A stretch of DNA of 64,000 bases from Eledone cirrhosa (GCA_964016885.1 OZ024763.1:27094001-27158000), one strand, 5' to 3'; numbered from the stretch's first letter, positions 16,489 through 34,533 are shown. The notes: generated by a model from the sequence alone, not told the origin. Translations and numbers: made by a program.

Positions 16489-17308
16489 TTAAATTAGCCA
16501 TGTCAGCTCATTTCTCTCAGCCCGGTTGTTAAGTGGGGGTCTGAGGTTCTTAATAACAAGTGCTTCCTTTATCCTTAAGGATCCGATGCTGCGTTCAGTC
16601 GCTAGGACTGTGACCAAGGGTCTACCCTGTGGGTTTCCGCATTTGAGGATGTGTTTACGGAAGGAAGATGCGTTGGTGTTGATATGTTCCTTGATACGAA
16701 CATGTAGGGGTCGGATGGTGCTACCTATGTAAAACTTGTTACATTTATCGCATTGAATCTTATATACGACATAGGTGCGTAGGCAATCTGCCCCCCGTAT
16801 CGGGCAGTTGCTGAGGGAACAAGTCCTAGCTGCCTCGTAGGGTTTGTTGGAGAGGCATCTTCGCAGCGAAGGTCCTGTGTGGGCCAAATGTATGTCAAGA
16901 CCCTCCGTACGTATGGCCCTGCGGATGGCGTTCGTGGTACATTCACTCAGGTGGGGGATTTTAAAGAAGCACCTGCTAATATTAAGTTTTCTAGTGGGTG
17001 TCGGTCTACTGGGTCTGGGGTCTCTAATTCCGTTAATCAGTCGCTTGGGATAACCATTAGATCTGAGTAGATTACGGAATTGCGTGGTATGGGTGAGACC
17101 ACCCATCGGGTCGCTGCATCTGTTAGTGATCCGTGTCAGTTCATTTAGGACATAGCCTCTCTTAGCGTTGTTGGGGAGGGCTGAGTTATAATGCACAAAT
17201 AGGTCCTTGCACGCTGCTTTGCGGTAGAAAGTGGTGTTTATGTCTCCATGTTCCGAGATGTTGATACGGAAGTCGAGGAGGGCGAGTGACCCGTCTTCTC
17301 CCGGGTGT
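16489..17308 (-). CDS. PLE polyprotein C-terminal part (RT thumb, Cys motif, GIY-YIG endonuclease); 5'-truncated
   Basis: LALLDFRI..FYRKAACKDLFVHYNSALP..VVYKIQCDKCNKFYIGSTIRPLHVRIKEH..LRIKEALVIKNLRPPLN; the first ~15 aa of the listed ORF come from the inverted pLTR. Confidence 0.88.
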
Positions 17309-17475
17309 TCGATTGTTTTGTTTTCATCTTTGTCTCTCTCAACTTTCACTTTCACCTGTTTTTCCTATCTATATTTCACTTCCTACCTCGAGATTTCCCT
17401 TTGCATTGTTGTGGCTTTCTTAAATACGTATTTTTACACATTTCACAATGCTTCAAGCAAACTTCAACACCCTCT

Positions 17476-17561
<86 letters not shown>

Positions 17562-17624
17562 AATATATGTATATATACATATATATATAAATACATATGT
17601 ATATATACATATATATATAAATAC

Positions 17625-17721
<97 letters not shown>

Positions 17722-17738
17722 TATACATATATATACAC

Positions 17739-17779
<41 letters not shown>

Positions 17780-17796
17780 TATACATATATATACAC

Positions 17797-17849
<53 letters not shown>

Positions 17850-17856
17850 TATACAC

Positions 17857-20586
<2,730 letters not shown>

Positions 20587-20665
20587 ACAACAACAACATC
20601 AACAACATCAACAACAGCAACAACAACGACAACAACAGTGTGAACAACTCCTTGATTCATCAACA

Positions 20666-21424
20666 ATGGCCGATCTACTAAATGAAACTATTGACCCCCC
20701 AGTAGCCTCTGTCTCACAGCATGAAACGCCACATCCTTTCTCTGGCCCAGCTGTCCAATCATCACCACTGCCAACATCTCTGCCTACTACTACTACTACA
20801 ACATTTTTGTCTACTGCTATGTCAAGGAATTTACCTTCTAATACCAGAACAAGAACTCTCCCTCCCACAGTCCACAAAGGTCGTCAAATCCTACCCAAAC
20901 CATCATCTACTCCTCTCACAACACACACACCCACATACCCACCCACTCGAAACCCCATCATTTGCCGCTACTCTCTACGCTATAGAATATGTACGGATAG
21001 TGGCTGCAAATTCACCCATTTACCTAGGACAAAACGATCTATCCCCACAAACAGCCACCACCATAATACATACTCTAATTTAACACCAACACAACCACCA
21101 ATAACTCAAACAAGGAATCCACAAATCTGCCGCTTTTCCCTGCGAGACAGATTGTGTTTAGACCGGGATTGTCCCTTTACCCATCTCCCGGGGACCCGTC
21201 GGACAAATGAAAATAAAATTAAAAATAAAAGCAAAAACAAAAACCATAACCTACATAAAAATAACCACTACCACAGTCACCAACAGTCTTCTAAACAGGA
21301 AACTTCTTCCTCTTTTTTAGCCATAATGAATCTGGCAAAAGAACTGGAAAAAAACATTCGAGCTATCACCCAGCACCACCCTCCACTATCACCCCACTGC
21401 ACAAACTCCCATTGCTGCCATTAA
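20666..21424 (+). CDS. LINE ORF1, 252 aa, low complexity, with two CCCH-type zinc fingers
   Basis: ATG at 20666 (caacaATGG); [19 protein letters not shown] and [19 protein letters not shown] fit C-x8-C-x4-C-x3-H. Confidence 0.75.
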   Translation: MADLLNETIDPPVASVSQHETPHPFSGPAVQSSPLPTSLPTTTTTTFLSTAMSRNLPSNTRTRTLPPTVHKGRQILPKPSSTPLTTHTPTYPPTRNPIICRYSLRYRICTDSGCKFTHLPRTKRSIPTNSHHHNTYSNLTPTQPPITQTRNPQICRFSLRDRLCLDRDCPFTHLPGTRRTNENKIKNKSKNKNHNLHKNNHYHSHQQSSKQETSSSFLAIMNLAKELEKNIRAITQHHPPLSPHCTNSHCCH

Positions 21425-24400
21425 CAAACAAACAAATTAACAACACACCAAAACAATTAAAACCATCCACTCTCGCCTCTACATTTTTGCTTAACGCCCA
21501 AGGCATCAGCCCTTCCACCAATACTCAAAAATGGAAGATCAAATTCCTGGAGGACTGGATTGATGTCCATCCAAACCACATCCCTTTCTTCGTCCTCACT
21601 GAAACCCATCTCAGTAACCTCCACTTGGAAGCCGAGGTGAAAGTGAAAAATTTCAAAGCCATCCGTGCTGATCGCGCTGGCAGAAGAAAGGGCGGGACTG
21701 CCATTTATGTCCATAATTCTTTCTCAACAGAGGCTATGAACATATTCACTAATGGATACAGTGAGGCAGTCACTGTATTCAGTCAAACCAACAACCTATT
21801 AGTAGTTGGGCTCTATAGGCCACCCCAAACGCCTGTACCATGCTTCAAGGAATGCCTCAACAGCATAAAGTGTTTCATCCAAGAGTGTCACCCTGACAAC
21901 ATCTTAATGATGGGGGACTTCAACCTCCCCGGAGTTGACTGGTCCACAAACAGCCTGCCACCAGGTTCTTCTGCCTCAACCTCTGACAGGGAAGCTGTGG
22001 AATCGCTTCTTGACTTCATGGATGATTTCTTCCTATCCCAACTGGTGCTCGAACCAACGAGGTGCCACAAAAACGTCCTAGACTTAATTTTCAGCAATCA
22101 CACTGACAATATCCACAATATTGCAGTGGAGAAAACTCTACTCTCTGATCATGACATGGTTCTCTGTGATCTGAGATTCCACCGTCCAATATACAAACCC
22201 AATGTCATCTCTCCTGTCCATCCGTTTGACGCTATGGATTTCCACAATGCAAACTGGGAAGCGATCAGTCATGATCTTGCACATGTCGACTGGTCCTTCA
22301 CGCACACTCATACACCCACTAACATCAAAAAGTCCTGGCAGACATTTGTGGACACTGTTACAAACATATGTGCTAAACACACCCCATTAAGAACTATAAA
22401 CAAATCTAAGAGCAGAATCCCTAGAAATAGAAAAACGCTCATCAGAAAAATTAAGAGAACGAACAAAAAAATCAACAAGCTGAAATACTGTCAGCAGCAA
22501 CACATCAACTTGACTGCCATTTCATCACTAGAGATTAAAAAACATAACCTCCAAAACAACATAATGTCCCTCATCAACAATCAGAGAAGAGCTGAAGAGG
22601 CCTGGGCCATTGAGAAGATCAAACTCAATCCCAAAGTGTTCTTTTCATTTGCAAAAAAACACAAAATCACTGGCTCTACTGTTGGCCCTCTAATTGATGA
22701 AAATGGCACTCTTCAAGACAATGCTAAAACCATGGGTGAGATACTGCAGAAACAATACTGCTCTGTTTTCAGCAATCCTGATATGGCCGATCTGGGCTGT
22801 ATCGGCGATGTTACTCCCCATTACACCTTATCGGACATAACGTTTGGCGCCCCTGATGTCTTGGCGGCAATAAAGGAAATCAAGCATAATTCAGCAGTAG
22901 GTCCCGATAGGTTCCCTGCTTGTGTCTTGAAGGCGTGTCAACACCAACTTGCTTCTCCTCTTGCCAATCTGTGGCGGAACTCACTGGATGCTGGATATGT
23001 GCCAGAAAACCTTCTATCCCAGTCTGTTGTCCCAGTTTTCAAAAAGGGAAACAAATCCCTTGCCGTGAATTACCGTCCAATCTCACTCACCTCTCATATC
23101 ATTAAGGTATTTGAGCGAGTGGTGAGATCGCGAATGACCCACTTCCTTGAGAGTAACAATATGCTGAACTCCAACCAGCATGGATTCCGTAATGGAAGGG
23201 ATTGCCTGACGCAACTACTGCATCACTTTGATGACATTTTGAGAGCCTTGGGAGAGGGTTCCAACACTGATGTTATCTACCTTGATTTCAGCAAGGCCTT
23301 TGACAGGGTTGATCATAACATTCTACTGAGAAAGCTGTCCAATATTGGTGTCACTGGAAAGCTGCTGCAGTGGATCAAGAGCTTCCTGTCAAACAGAACC
23401 CAACATGTTGTAGTTGAGGGAGTCAAATCAAGCCCAGCCAAAGTCAGTAGTGGAGTCCCACAAGGCACTGTGTTGGGCCCACTTCTCTTCATCATCTATA
23501 TTAATGACATCACTGACATCATCAAACACAGCAACATTAAAATTTTCGCTGATGATTCCAAGCTCCAAAAGGTCATCAATGGCGTGGATGACCGGATAAG
23601 CCTTCAGTCAGACCTACTGGCTGTTACCCAATGGGCAGAAAAGAACAACATGTTACTGAACGAAGACAAATTCGAACTGATCCACTTTGGAAAAGAGGAT
23701 GCTCTGAAACTCCCGTACTCCCTTCCCTCCGGGGAAACTCTCGTGGCATCTAACAACATCAGAGACTTGGGAGTAACCGTGGACAGCAACATAAGCTGGA
23801 CCACGCATATAAGCAGCAAAGTTGACATGGCCCGCAGAATGTGTTCCTGGATCCTCAGAACCTTCCAGTCGAGAGATTCCCGCACCATTATCCTTCTCTT
23901 CTCTACTTTCGCCCGACCACACCTTGAATACTGTTGTCCACTGTGGTCTCCCCACACGAAACAAAGTATCATGAAACTTGAAGCTCCTCAAAGGGCAATC
24001 ACGAAAAAGATAGATGGCATGTCAGACCTTGACTACTGGGGTCGATTGGAAAACCTGAAACTTTACTCACTCCAACGTCGCCGTGAGCGTTATATTATCT
24101 GCATGATGTGGAAAATGTTCCATCATCACTGCCCAAATGATGTTGGCATCGCCTTCAAGATACACCCAAGGCTTGGGCCCCGTGCTATCCGTCCCATTCA
24201 AAAATCTAAATCGCAACTCATAACAACAATACGGCACAATTATTTCACCTCAATCGGCCCTGCTCTCTTCAACATCACACCAGGACACGTCAAAACAGAA
24301 ACTGACCACACAAAATTCAAGAAGTCTTTGGACAAATTCCTCCAAGTAATCCCGGACAAACCACCCACACCCGGATATGTCTCCGCAAACAGTAATTCTC

Positions 24401-24432
24401 TTCTCGAATGGGCCATGGTGCCCAAATCCTGA
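21412..24432 (+). CDS. LINE ORF2: apurinic-like endonuclease + reverse transcriptase
   Basis: APE motifs [33 protein letters not shown]; RT motifs [42 protein letters not shown]; C-terminal [13 protein letters not shown] and [10 protein letters not shown]. The listed start is TTG; the frame is open from 21295. Confidence 0.96.
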   Translation: MLPLTNKQINNTPKQLKPSTLASTFLLNAQGISPSTNTQKWKIKFLEDWIDVHPNHIPFFVLTETHLSNLHLEAEVKVKNFKAIRADRAGRRKGGTAIYVHNSFSTEAMNIFTNGYSEAVTVFSQTNNLLVVGLYRPPQTPVPCFKECLNSIKCFIQECHPDNILMMGDFNLPGVDWSTNSLPPGSSASTSDREAVESLLDFMDDFFLSQLVLEPTRCHKNVLDLIFSNHTDNIHNIAVEKTLLSDHDMVLCDLRFHRPIYKPNVISPVHPFDAMDFHNANWEAISHDLAHVDWSFTHTHTPTNIKKSWQTFVDTVTNICAKHTPLRTINKSKSRIPRNRKTLIRKIKRTNKKINKLKYCQQQHINLTAISSLEIKKHNLQNNIMSLINNQRRAEEAWAIEKIKLNPKVFFSFAKKHKITGSTVGPLIDENGTLQDNAKTMGEILQKQYCSVFSNPDMADLGCIGDVTPHYTLSDITFGAPDVLAAIKEIKHNSAVGPDRFPACVLKACQHQLASPLANLWRNSLDAGYVPENLLSQSVVPVFKKGNKSLAVNYRPISLTSHIIKVFERVVRSRMTHFLESNNMLNSNQHGFRNGRDCLTQLLHHFDDILRALGEGSNTDVIYLDFSKAFDRVDHNILLRKLSNIGVTGKLLQWIKSFLSNRTQHVVVEGVKSSPAKVSSGVPQGTVLGPLLFIIYINDITDIIKHSNIKIFADDSKLQKVINGVDDRISLQSDLLAVTQWAEKNNMLLNEDKFELIHFGKEDALKLPYSLPSGETLVASNNIRDLGVTVDSNISWTTHISSKVDMARRMCSWILRTFQSRDSRTIILLFSTFARPHLEYCCPLWSPHTKQSIMKLEAPQRAITKKIDGMSDLDYWGRLENLKLYSLQRRRERYIICMMWKMFHHHCPNDVGIAFKIHPRLGPRAIRPIQKSKSQLITTIRHNYFTSIGPALFNITPGHVKTETDHTKFKKSLDKFLQVIPDKPPTPGYVSANSNSLLEWAMVPKS

Positions 24433-24518
24433 ATTGAAAGACTTCGCCAGGTGGTGCTATTAAGTTAGACATGGCCTGGGCCAATACTGGCCAAAACATT
24501 TCAAAGTTATTCAAAGTT

Positions 24519-25209
24519 ATATGTATGTATATATATATATATGTATATATATATATGTATGTATATATATATATGTATGTATATATATATATATATGTAT
24601 GTATGTATATATATATATATATATATGTATCTATATATGTATATATGTATGTATATATATATATATATGTATGTATATATATATGTATGTATCTATATAT
24701 ATATATATATGTATCTATATATATATATATATGTATCTATATATATATATATGTATCTATATATATATATATATATGTATCTATATATATATATATATAT
24801 ATCTATATATATATATATATATATATGTATCTATATAGATACATACATATATAGATATATATATATGTATGTATGTATATATATATATGTGTGTATGTAT
24901 TTATATATATATGTATGTATGTATATATATATGTATGTATGTATATATATATATATGTATGTATGTATCTATATATATGTATGTATATATATATATGTAT
25001 ATATATATATGTATGTATATATATATATATATGTATGTATATATATATATATATGTATGTATCTATATATGTATATATGTATGTATATATATATATATGT
25101 ATGTATATATATATATATGTATGTATCTATATATATATATATATGTATCTATATATATATATATGTATCTATATATATATATATGTATCTATATATATAT
25201 ATATATGTA

Positions 25210-25244
<35 letters not shown>

Positions 25245-25272
25245 CTATATATATATATATGTATGTATGTAT

Positions 25273-25325
<53 letters not shown>

Positions 25326-25361
25326 TATATATATGTATGTATATATATATATGTATGTATA

Positions 25362-25430
<69 letters not shown>

Positions 25431-25502
25431 GTATGTATATATATATATGTATATATATATATGTATGTATATATATATATATACATATATATATATACAT
25501 AC

Positions 25503-25545
<43 letters not shown>

Positions 25546-25559
25546 CATACATATGTATG

Positions 25560-25592
<33 letters not shown>

Positions 25593-25725
25593 GTATGTAT
25601 ATATATATATATATGTATGTATATATATATATATGTATGTATGTATATATATATATGTGTGTATGTATTTATATATATATGTATGTATGTATATATATAT
25701 GTATGTATGTATATATATATATATG
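24519..25725. repeat. (TA)n/(TATG)n/(TATC) microsatellite
   Basis: Direct inspection. Confidence 0.95.
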
Positions 25726-26281
25726 TCACATGGTCGGGTCGTTGGCGACTAAACTGGCAACCCCACCAAGGTTTCTTGGTGAGGAGGGTGGCTTTGGACA
25801 TCCTGCAGGACTAAAAACAAAACCTGTCAAAAGGCATAGGGGCTCTTAAGAGTCAATAGCCATCCAAAATCACCGGGAGAGATGACCCCTTAGCCTTTGT
25901 CAAGGCAGAATTCTAGGAGAAGGAAAACTCTGATATAACACCTGCAACCCTGATGGTATCCAATGATGTTGAATTGTTCTTCTTTTTGGTAAATATCATC
26001 TTGGTTAAGAGAGTGGGACTGGCTTTGTGCAGTGCCTTTGCTCACTATAAAAGCTTCACAGCACAGGCATTGCTTTATATCTGGAGATCTCTCTGCACTT
26101 GTCGTCACATGGTACCATTGGCCCAGCACTATGTGTCAATAATTGTCACAAGTGTAGTGTTTGTACCAGAGTTTTCAAGTCGCTGGCTGGACTAAAAAGT
26201 CACATTCGTTCAGCGCATTGGTAGGGGTTCTCCTACATGGATATAAAGTAGTGGCCGTACTCGAAAACGAGTTGGCAGCCA
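25726..26281 (+). mobile_element. Probable RTE-type LINE 5' UTR fragment, rearranged
   Basis: Contains ctaggagaaggaaaactctga, a motif recalled from RTE 5' UTRs, and ggcgactaaac; no intact ORF. Confidence 0.35.
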
Positions 26282-26298
26282 CTATATATATATGTATC

Positions 26299-26329
<31 letters not shown>

Positions 26330-26406
26330 GTATGTATATATATATATGTATATATATATATGTATGTATGTATATATATGTATGTATGTATATATATGTA
26401 TGTATG

Positions 26407-26437
<31 letters not shown>

Positions 26438-26485
26438 GTATGTATGTATATATATATATATGTATATGTATGTGTGTATATATAT

Positions 26486-26526
<41 letters not shown>

Positions 26527-26568
26527 TGTATGTATGTATATATATGTATGTATGTATATATATGTATG

Positions 26569-26614
<46 letters not shown>

Positions 26615-26727
26615 CATATATGTATATTGACCATGATATTGACATTTCCTTTTATCAGGATTTCATGATCTATCTACACGGGTGTGTGTATTTGTAATTA
26701 TTTATGTCTGCATGTAAGTATGTATGT

Positions 26728-26776
<49 letters not shown>

Positions 26777-26783
26777 TAGATAG

Positions 26784-27212
26784 ATAAATATACACGGGTG
26801 TGTATGATTGTGTATAGAATATTATATTAATAAGAGGAATTCGAACTTTGTCTGATTTACTCGTTTTATTTACAATCCTTTAAAATATATAATGGTATTA
26901 TAATGAAATAGTATGATAGAATATTAAATTCTAAGTGTTAATTGAACAAGTACTTTCATGCTTTCGCAATCTTCAGGTTCATAATATGTGGTGACAGTCA
27001 AGTTTGCAATTTTCAACAGTTGAAAATTGCAAACTTGACTGTCACCACATATTATGAACCTGAAGATTGCGAAAGCATGAAAGTACTTGTTCAATTAACA
27101 CTTAGAATTTAATATTCTATCATACTATTTCATTATAATACCATTATAAATTTTAAAGGATTGTAAATAAAACGAGTAAATCAGACAAAGTTGGAATTCC
27201 TCTTATTAATAT
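26784..27212. mobile_element. Hairpin element family C, copy 1: ~194-bp arms, 1-nt loop at 27018, a hammerhead in each arm
   Basis: 26824-27017 is the near-perfect reverse complement of 27019-27212; homologous to 35761-36172. Confidence 0.9.
27055..27093 (+). ncRNA. Minimal type I hammerhead ribozyme (mirror copy at 26943-26981, minus strand)
   Basis: ugaac CUGAAGA u-ugc-gaaa-gca-u GAAA guac UU guuca: 5-bp stem I, GNRA-capped stem II, palindromic stem III (AAGUACUU). Confidence 0.75.
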
Positions 27213-27248
27213 ATATATATATATATATAAATATATGTATATATAAAT

Positions 27249-28216
<968 letters not shown>

Positions 28217-28595
28217 CCTTCAAATCAGAACGTAAACGGGACACACAATCACATACAGACAAACAAAGGCACACGCATACACACACACATTTACATATAT
28301 ACAAGCAACCACACACATATATTCTTTTAGATTTGTCAAAGAAAATGCTTTGTGCGTGTAAGTGTATGTGTGTGTGTGTATGTGTGGAAGGCAAGTTGGT
28401 CTCGGGAAGGAGGAGGGATTGGAACTCAGAACGTAAAGGTCCGTAACTCAATGCCACACAACATTTTGTCATACAAAAATAAAAAGATATGTGTGTGTAT
28501 GTGAGTGTATGTATATGTGAATATATATATACATATATATAAACATTATATATATATATATAATGTTTATATATATATATATATATATATATTCG

Positions 28596-28776
28596 GTGGA
28601 TTGGCATTATCGGTAGAGGGTCGGACGCCATACTTTGACGCATTGAGTTACGGCCCTTGCCATTCCGAGTTCAAATCCCGCCGAGGTTAACTTTGCCTTT
28701 CATCCTTACGGGGTCGATAAAATAAAGTACCAGTAATACACTGGGTAATTGCTGGCCTTGTGCCAAAAGTAGAAAC

Positions 28777-28780
<4 letters not shown>
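28596..28780 (+). mobile_element. tRNA-derived SINE with a Meta-domain-like core
   Basis: A-box-like tggcattatcgg, B-box gagttcaaatcc, core ttaactttgcctttcatccttacggggtcgataaaataaagtaccag, tail aaagtagaaacaatt; six or more related copies in the window; inverted remnant at ~28416-28456. Confidence 0.85.
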
Positions 28781-28826
<46 letters not shown>

Positions 28827-28957
28827 TGTGTAGGTAGGTAGTCTGAGGAGCAGATCGATACTGGAGTCGGGTCCATAACTCTTATATATATATATGTATA
28901 TAGGAAAAAGTATGACCCCGACGGCAGAGCTCAAGCCGATTCGACGGCTATTTCTCC

Positions 28958-29340
28958 AGTTGTGTTGTATGTCTACGCCATTTTTTGGCGTAGACATACA
29001 ACACAACAGGAGGAACAATGAATATAACACCACTGACGATGTTGCAGATGTGCAACGAAAGATTTATGTAAATTATGTAAACTATATATATGTGTTTGTG
29101 TCTATATTGTATCTGTATTATTTTTGACCGCCGGTCAGTCAATGGCAACATTGAGGACCGAGTAAGTTAGATCGCAGATATAAAAGACAGCGAGAAGCGA
29201 AAACCAACCAAACAAACAGTGAGTGTGTTCTGTTATTAATTCTGGCAATATTACGCAAATATGACCCTCCCCAAGTATAACAATATCTGTTTCGACACAC
29301 GATTTCATATAAAAAACCTCGCAAAACTAATTCATCGCCG

Positions 29341-29341
<1 letters not shown>
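28958..29341 (+). mobile_element. Solo pLTR of PLE family A with a short 5' hairpin and a hammerhead-like motif (~29026-29072)
   Basis: 28986-29282 is homologous to the reverse complement of 10633-10920; hairpin gttgtgttgtatgtctacgcca-tttt-ttggcgtagacatacaacacaac; CUGACGA u guugca-gaug-ugcaac GAAA gauUUA, weak stem I. Confidence 0.8.
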
Positions 29342-29398
<57 letters not shown>

Positions 29399-29504
29399 GT
29401 ATATATGTATATGTATACATATATATATATGAGTGCGTGTGTGTATGTATATATGTATGCATATATTATATACATGTGTATGCACATATATATATACAGT
29501 ATAT

Positions 29505-29675
29505 ATATTAAAATATAAATATTAATAAAATAGATGTTCTTTTGATCAATTACATTTTATTATACATATTTCGGATGTACAACAGTACGTCCTCATCAGA
29601 CAAAATATAATGATACATAATAAAATATAATTGATCAAAAGAACATCTATTTTATTAATATTTATATTTTAATAT
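29505..29675 (-). mobile_element. Small hairpin element (family E) with a hammerhead core in the spacer
   Basis: ~59-bp inverted arms; minus strand CUGAUGA ggacguac-uguu-guacaucc GAAA uauG UA at ~29562-29599; weak stem I. Confidence 0.65.
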
Positions 29676-29869
29676 TAATAACTCCGTAAAATAATTTTTT
29701 TGTCACTGTTGAGTGCTTCCAATCTACTGTAAAACTCATTCTTTGACATAATCATTGAATATCGTTTAACACTTTAATATATGCAGTATATATATATATG
29801 CATGTAAATGTGTGTGCATTTATAAGAATATATATGTAAACTTATATATAATGTACATATTATGTATTA

Positions 29870-30089
29870 TCTTTCTCTCTCTCTCTCTCTCTCTCTCACT
29901 CTATCCCTCTCTCTCTCTATCCCTTTCTCTCTCTCTCTCTCTATCCCTTTCTCTCTCTCTCTCTCACTCTATTCCTCTCTCTCTCTCTATCCCTTTCTCT
30001 CTTTCTCTCTCTCTATCTATCTATCTCTATCCCTCTCTTTCTCTTTCTCTCTCTCTATCTATCTCCATCCCTCTCTCTTTCTCTCTTTC

Positions 30090-30164
<75 letters not shown>

Positions 30165-30379
30165 CTGTCCCTCTCTCTTTCTCTCTCTCTATATCTATCT
30201 ATCTATCTATCTATCTCTATCCCTCTCTCTATCTCTTTCTCTTTCTCTCTATCTATCTATCTATCTATCTCTGTCCCTCTCTCTTTCTCTCTCTCTCTCT
30301 CTATCTATCTATCTCTATCCCTCTCTCTTTCTCTTTCTCTCTCTCTCTCTATATCTCTCTCTCTATCTCTTTCTCTCTT

Positions 30380-30411
<32 letters not shown>

Positions 30412-30510
30412 GAGAGAGAGAGGAAGAGAGAGAGAGAGAGAGAGATAGATAAATAGATAGATAGATAGAGAGAGAGAGAGAGAGGACGAGAGAGAGAGAT
30501 AGAAAGAGAC
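29870..30510. repeat. (CT)n/(CTAT)n followed by (AG)n/(AGAT)n microsatellites
   Basis: Direct inspection. Confidence 0.95.
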
Positions 30511-30579
30511 CATGAAGTCATTCATTTGTAAAATACAATTAGGCCGTTTCGAGCAGATTTTTCTTCTTAAAACAATACA

Positions 30580-30580
30580 A

Positions 30581-30616
<36 letters not shown>

Positions 30617-30632
30617 AATCACCACCACCACC

Positions 30633-30670
<38 letters not shown>

Positions 30671-30790
30671 AATCACCAACACCATCACCACATACTACTA
30701 CTACTACTACTACTACAATCACCACCACCACCACTACTACTACTGCTACTACTACTACTACAATCACCAACACCACCACCACTACCACTA

Positions 30791-30824
<34 letters not shown>

Positions 30825-30837
30825 AATCACCAACACC

Positions 30838-30881
<44 letters not shown>

Positions 30882-30923
30882 AATCACCACCACCACCACC
30901 ACTACTACTACTACAATCACCAA

Positions 30924-30971
<48 letters not shown>

Positions 30972-31230
30972 AATCACCAACACCACCAACACTACTACTA
31001 CTACTACTACAATCACCAACACCACCACTACTACTACTACTACAATCACCAACACCACCACCACCACTACTACTACAATCACCAACACCACCACCACCAC
31101 CACCACTACTACTACTACAATCACCACCACCACCACTACTACTACAATCACCAACACCACCACTACTACTACTACTACTACAATCACCAACACCACCACC
31201 ACCACTACTACTACTACAATCACCAACACC

Positions 31231-31274
<44 letters not shown>

Positions 31275-31485
31275 AATCACCAACACCACCACTACCACTA
31301 CTACTACTACTACAATCACCAACACCACCACCACCACCACCACTACTACTACTACTACAATCACCAACACCACCACCACTACTACTACTACTACTACAAT
31401 CACCACCACCACTACTACTACTACTACAATCACCAACACCACCACCACCACCACTACTACTACTACTACAATCACCAACACCACC

Positions 31486-31523
<38 letters not shown>

Positions 31524-31683
31524 AATCACCAAAACCACCACCACTACTACTACTACTACAATCACCAACACCACCACCACTACTACTACTACTACAATCA
31601 CCAACACCACCACCACTACTACTACTACTACTACAATCACCAAGACCACCACTACTACTACTACTACTACTACAATCACCAAC

Positions 31684-31715
<32 letters not shown>

Positions 31716-31725
31716 AATCACCAAC

Positions 31726-31763
<38 letters not shown>

Positions 31764-32076
31764 AATCACCAACACCACCACCACCACTACTACTACTACT
31801 ACAATCACCAACACCACCACCACCACTACTACTACTACTACAATCACCAACACCACCACCACTACTACTACTGCTACAATCACCACCACCACTACTACTA
31901 CTACTACAATCACCAACACCACCACCACCACCACCACTACTACTACTACTACTACAATCACCAACACCACCACCACTACTACTACTACTACTACAATCAC
32001 CAACACCACCACCACTACTACTACTACTACAATCACCAACACCACCACTACTACTACTACTACTACAATCACCAAC

Positions 32077-32120
<44 letters not shown>

Positions 32121-32129
32121 AATCACCAA

Positions 32130-32165
<36 letters not shown>

Positions 32166-32283
32166 AATCACCAACTCCACCACCACTACTACTACAATCA
32201 CCAACACCACCACTACTGCTACTACTACTACTACTACAATCACCAACACCACCACTACTACTGCTACTAGTACTACAATCACC

Positions 32284-32343
<60 letters not shown>

Positions 32344-32365
32344 GCTACTACTACTACTACTACTG

Positions 32366-32402
<37 letters not shown>

Positions 32403-32410
32403 AATCACCA
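30580..32410. repeat. Compound trinucleotide array [(CTA)n CAATCACCAACA (CCA)m]k
   Basis: Direct inspection; constant linker with variable n and m. Confidence 0.95.
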
Positions 32411-32427
32411 ATAATATTTATTATATT

Positions 32428-32535
32428 AAATCCCGCCGAGGTTAACTTTGCCTTTCATCCTCACGGGGTCGATAAAATAAAGTACCAGTAATACACTGGA
32501 TATTTACTGGCCTTGTGCCAAAAGTAGAAACAATT
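32428..32535 (+). mobile_element. SINE 3' half
   Basis: aaatcccgccgaggttaactttgcc...aaagtagaaacaatt. Confidence 0.85.
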
Positions 32536-32568
32536 ATATTATATTAAATCACTATATTATTTCTACCT

Positions 32569-32953
32569 GGCAGTATCGGTAGAGGGTCGGACGCCATGCT
32601 TTCCAGCATAGTTACGTCCCTTTACGATCTGAGTTCAAATCCCGCCGAGGTTGACTTTGCCTTTCATCCTTACGGGGTCGATAAAATAAAGTACCAGTAA
32701 TGCACTGGATAATTGCTGGCCTTGTGCCTAAAGTAGAAACAATTATTTCTACCTTCAAGGGAAGAATGAACACTAAATAATTGTTTCTACTTTAGGCACA
32801 AGGCCAGCAATTACCCAGTGCATTACTGGTACTTTATTTTATCGACCCCGTAAGGATGAAAGGCAAAGTCAACCTCGGCGGGACTTGAACTCAGATCGTA
32901 AAGGGACGTAACTATGCTGGAAAGCATGGCGTCCGACCCTCTACCGATACTGC
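32569..32953. mobile_element. Tail-to-tail inverted pair of near-full SINE copies
   Basis: 32569-32746(+) and 32777-32953(-) are near-identical and share the variant ttccagcatagttacgtccctttacgatctg, which the other copies lack. Confidence 0.9.
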
Positions 32954-33031
32954 ACTAAATAATGATTATGTTATTGTACAATATATATATATTTGCACAA
33001 ACTATATATAGCGTTATACCGAAACAATAAT

Positions 33032-33075
<44 letters not shown>

Positions 33076-33142
33076 TATATATATATATACACATACACGC
33101 ACACATATACATAATTATATACATACATACAAACACACATAT

Positions 33143-33173
<31 letters not shown>

Positions 33174-33213
33174 AAAGAAATACATAAAAAATTATTTTCA
33201 ATTTTATGTATAC

Positions 33214-33262
<49 letters not shown>

Positions 33263-33317
33263 TATATACATATATACATATACATATATACATATATATA
33301 TATATACATATATATAT

Positions 33318-33348
<31 letters not shown>

Positions 33349-33433
33349 TACATATATACATATATATATATATATACATATATACATATATATATATATA
33401 TACATATATACATATATACATATATATATATAT

Positions 33434-33830
<397 letters not shown>

Positions 33831-34533
33831 AAAAGTGGTTTTAGATTGATGTGTGATATTGGGAAAAATATTTTATTTAGAGAGGGGGGGGGAAGGATGA
33901 AAAGGGAAGGAGATGAGAGGGAGAGATGGGTGATAGAGAGAAAGAGATAGTTTTTATAACTGAGAGGAGATATATTTTTTACATAGAGGGGTTGAAAACC
34001 GTTGGAAGATACTGTATAAATTAAAAATTTTGAAAATTAACGAAGGGAGGATATGTGCGAGGAAAAAATATTTTATTTAGGGAGGGTGGGGTGGAAAGGA
34101 TGAAAAAAAGGGGGGAGGAGATGAGAGTGAAGGTGGAGAGGGAGAGATGGGTGATAGAGAGAAAGAGATAGTTTTTATAACTGAGAAAAAGATATATTGT
34201 TTTAATATAGAGAGGTTGGGAACCGTTGGAAGATAATGTATAAATTAAAGGAATTTGAAAATTAACGAAGGGAAATTATGTATGAAAATAATAATTGTGG
34301 GTGAATATTCTAACGTCAAAAGAAGAAATGTATGTATTGTGGCAATTTCAAAATTAGCGAAGAGAAAAATTGTTAAGGTAGAAGGATTTGAGAAGTGTAG
34401 AAGGATTTGAGAAAAATAATGTGAAGTTAAAGTTTGTATATTGAATTGATATGTATTAATAATGAGTTCGTTGATGGGGAGAAAAAAATAATAATAGGAT
34501 GAAATTGAGATTAAAAAGATTTATGATAGAGAG

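Larger units (their letters stand above)
20585..24518 (+). mobile_element. Apparently intact CR1-group LINE inserted in (TA)n
   Basis: (CAA)n leader, ORF1, uninterrupted APE-RT ORF2, short 3' UTR ending in the duplicated tail ttcaaagttattcaaagtt. Confidence 0.92.

Noticed and set aside
25726-25760. HDV-like ribozyme at the putative RTE 5' end
   Set aside because: The nested double pseudoknot could not be built by eye, and the sequence appears truncated by the microsatellite.
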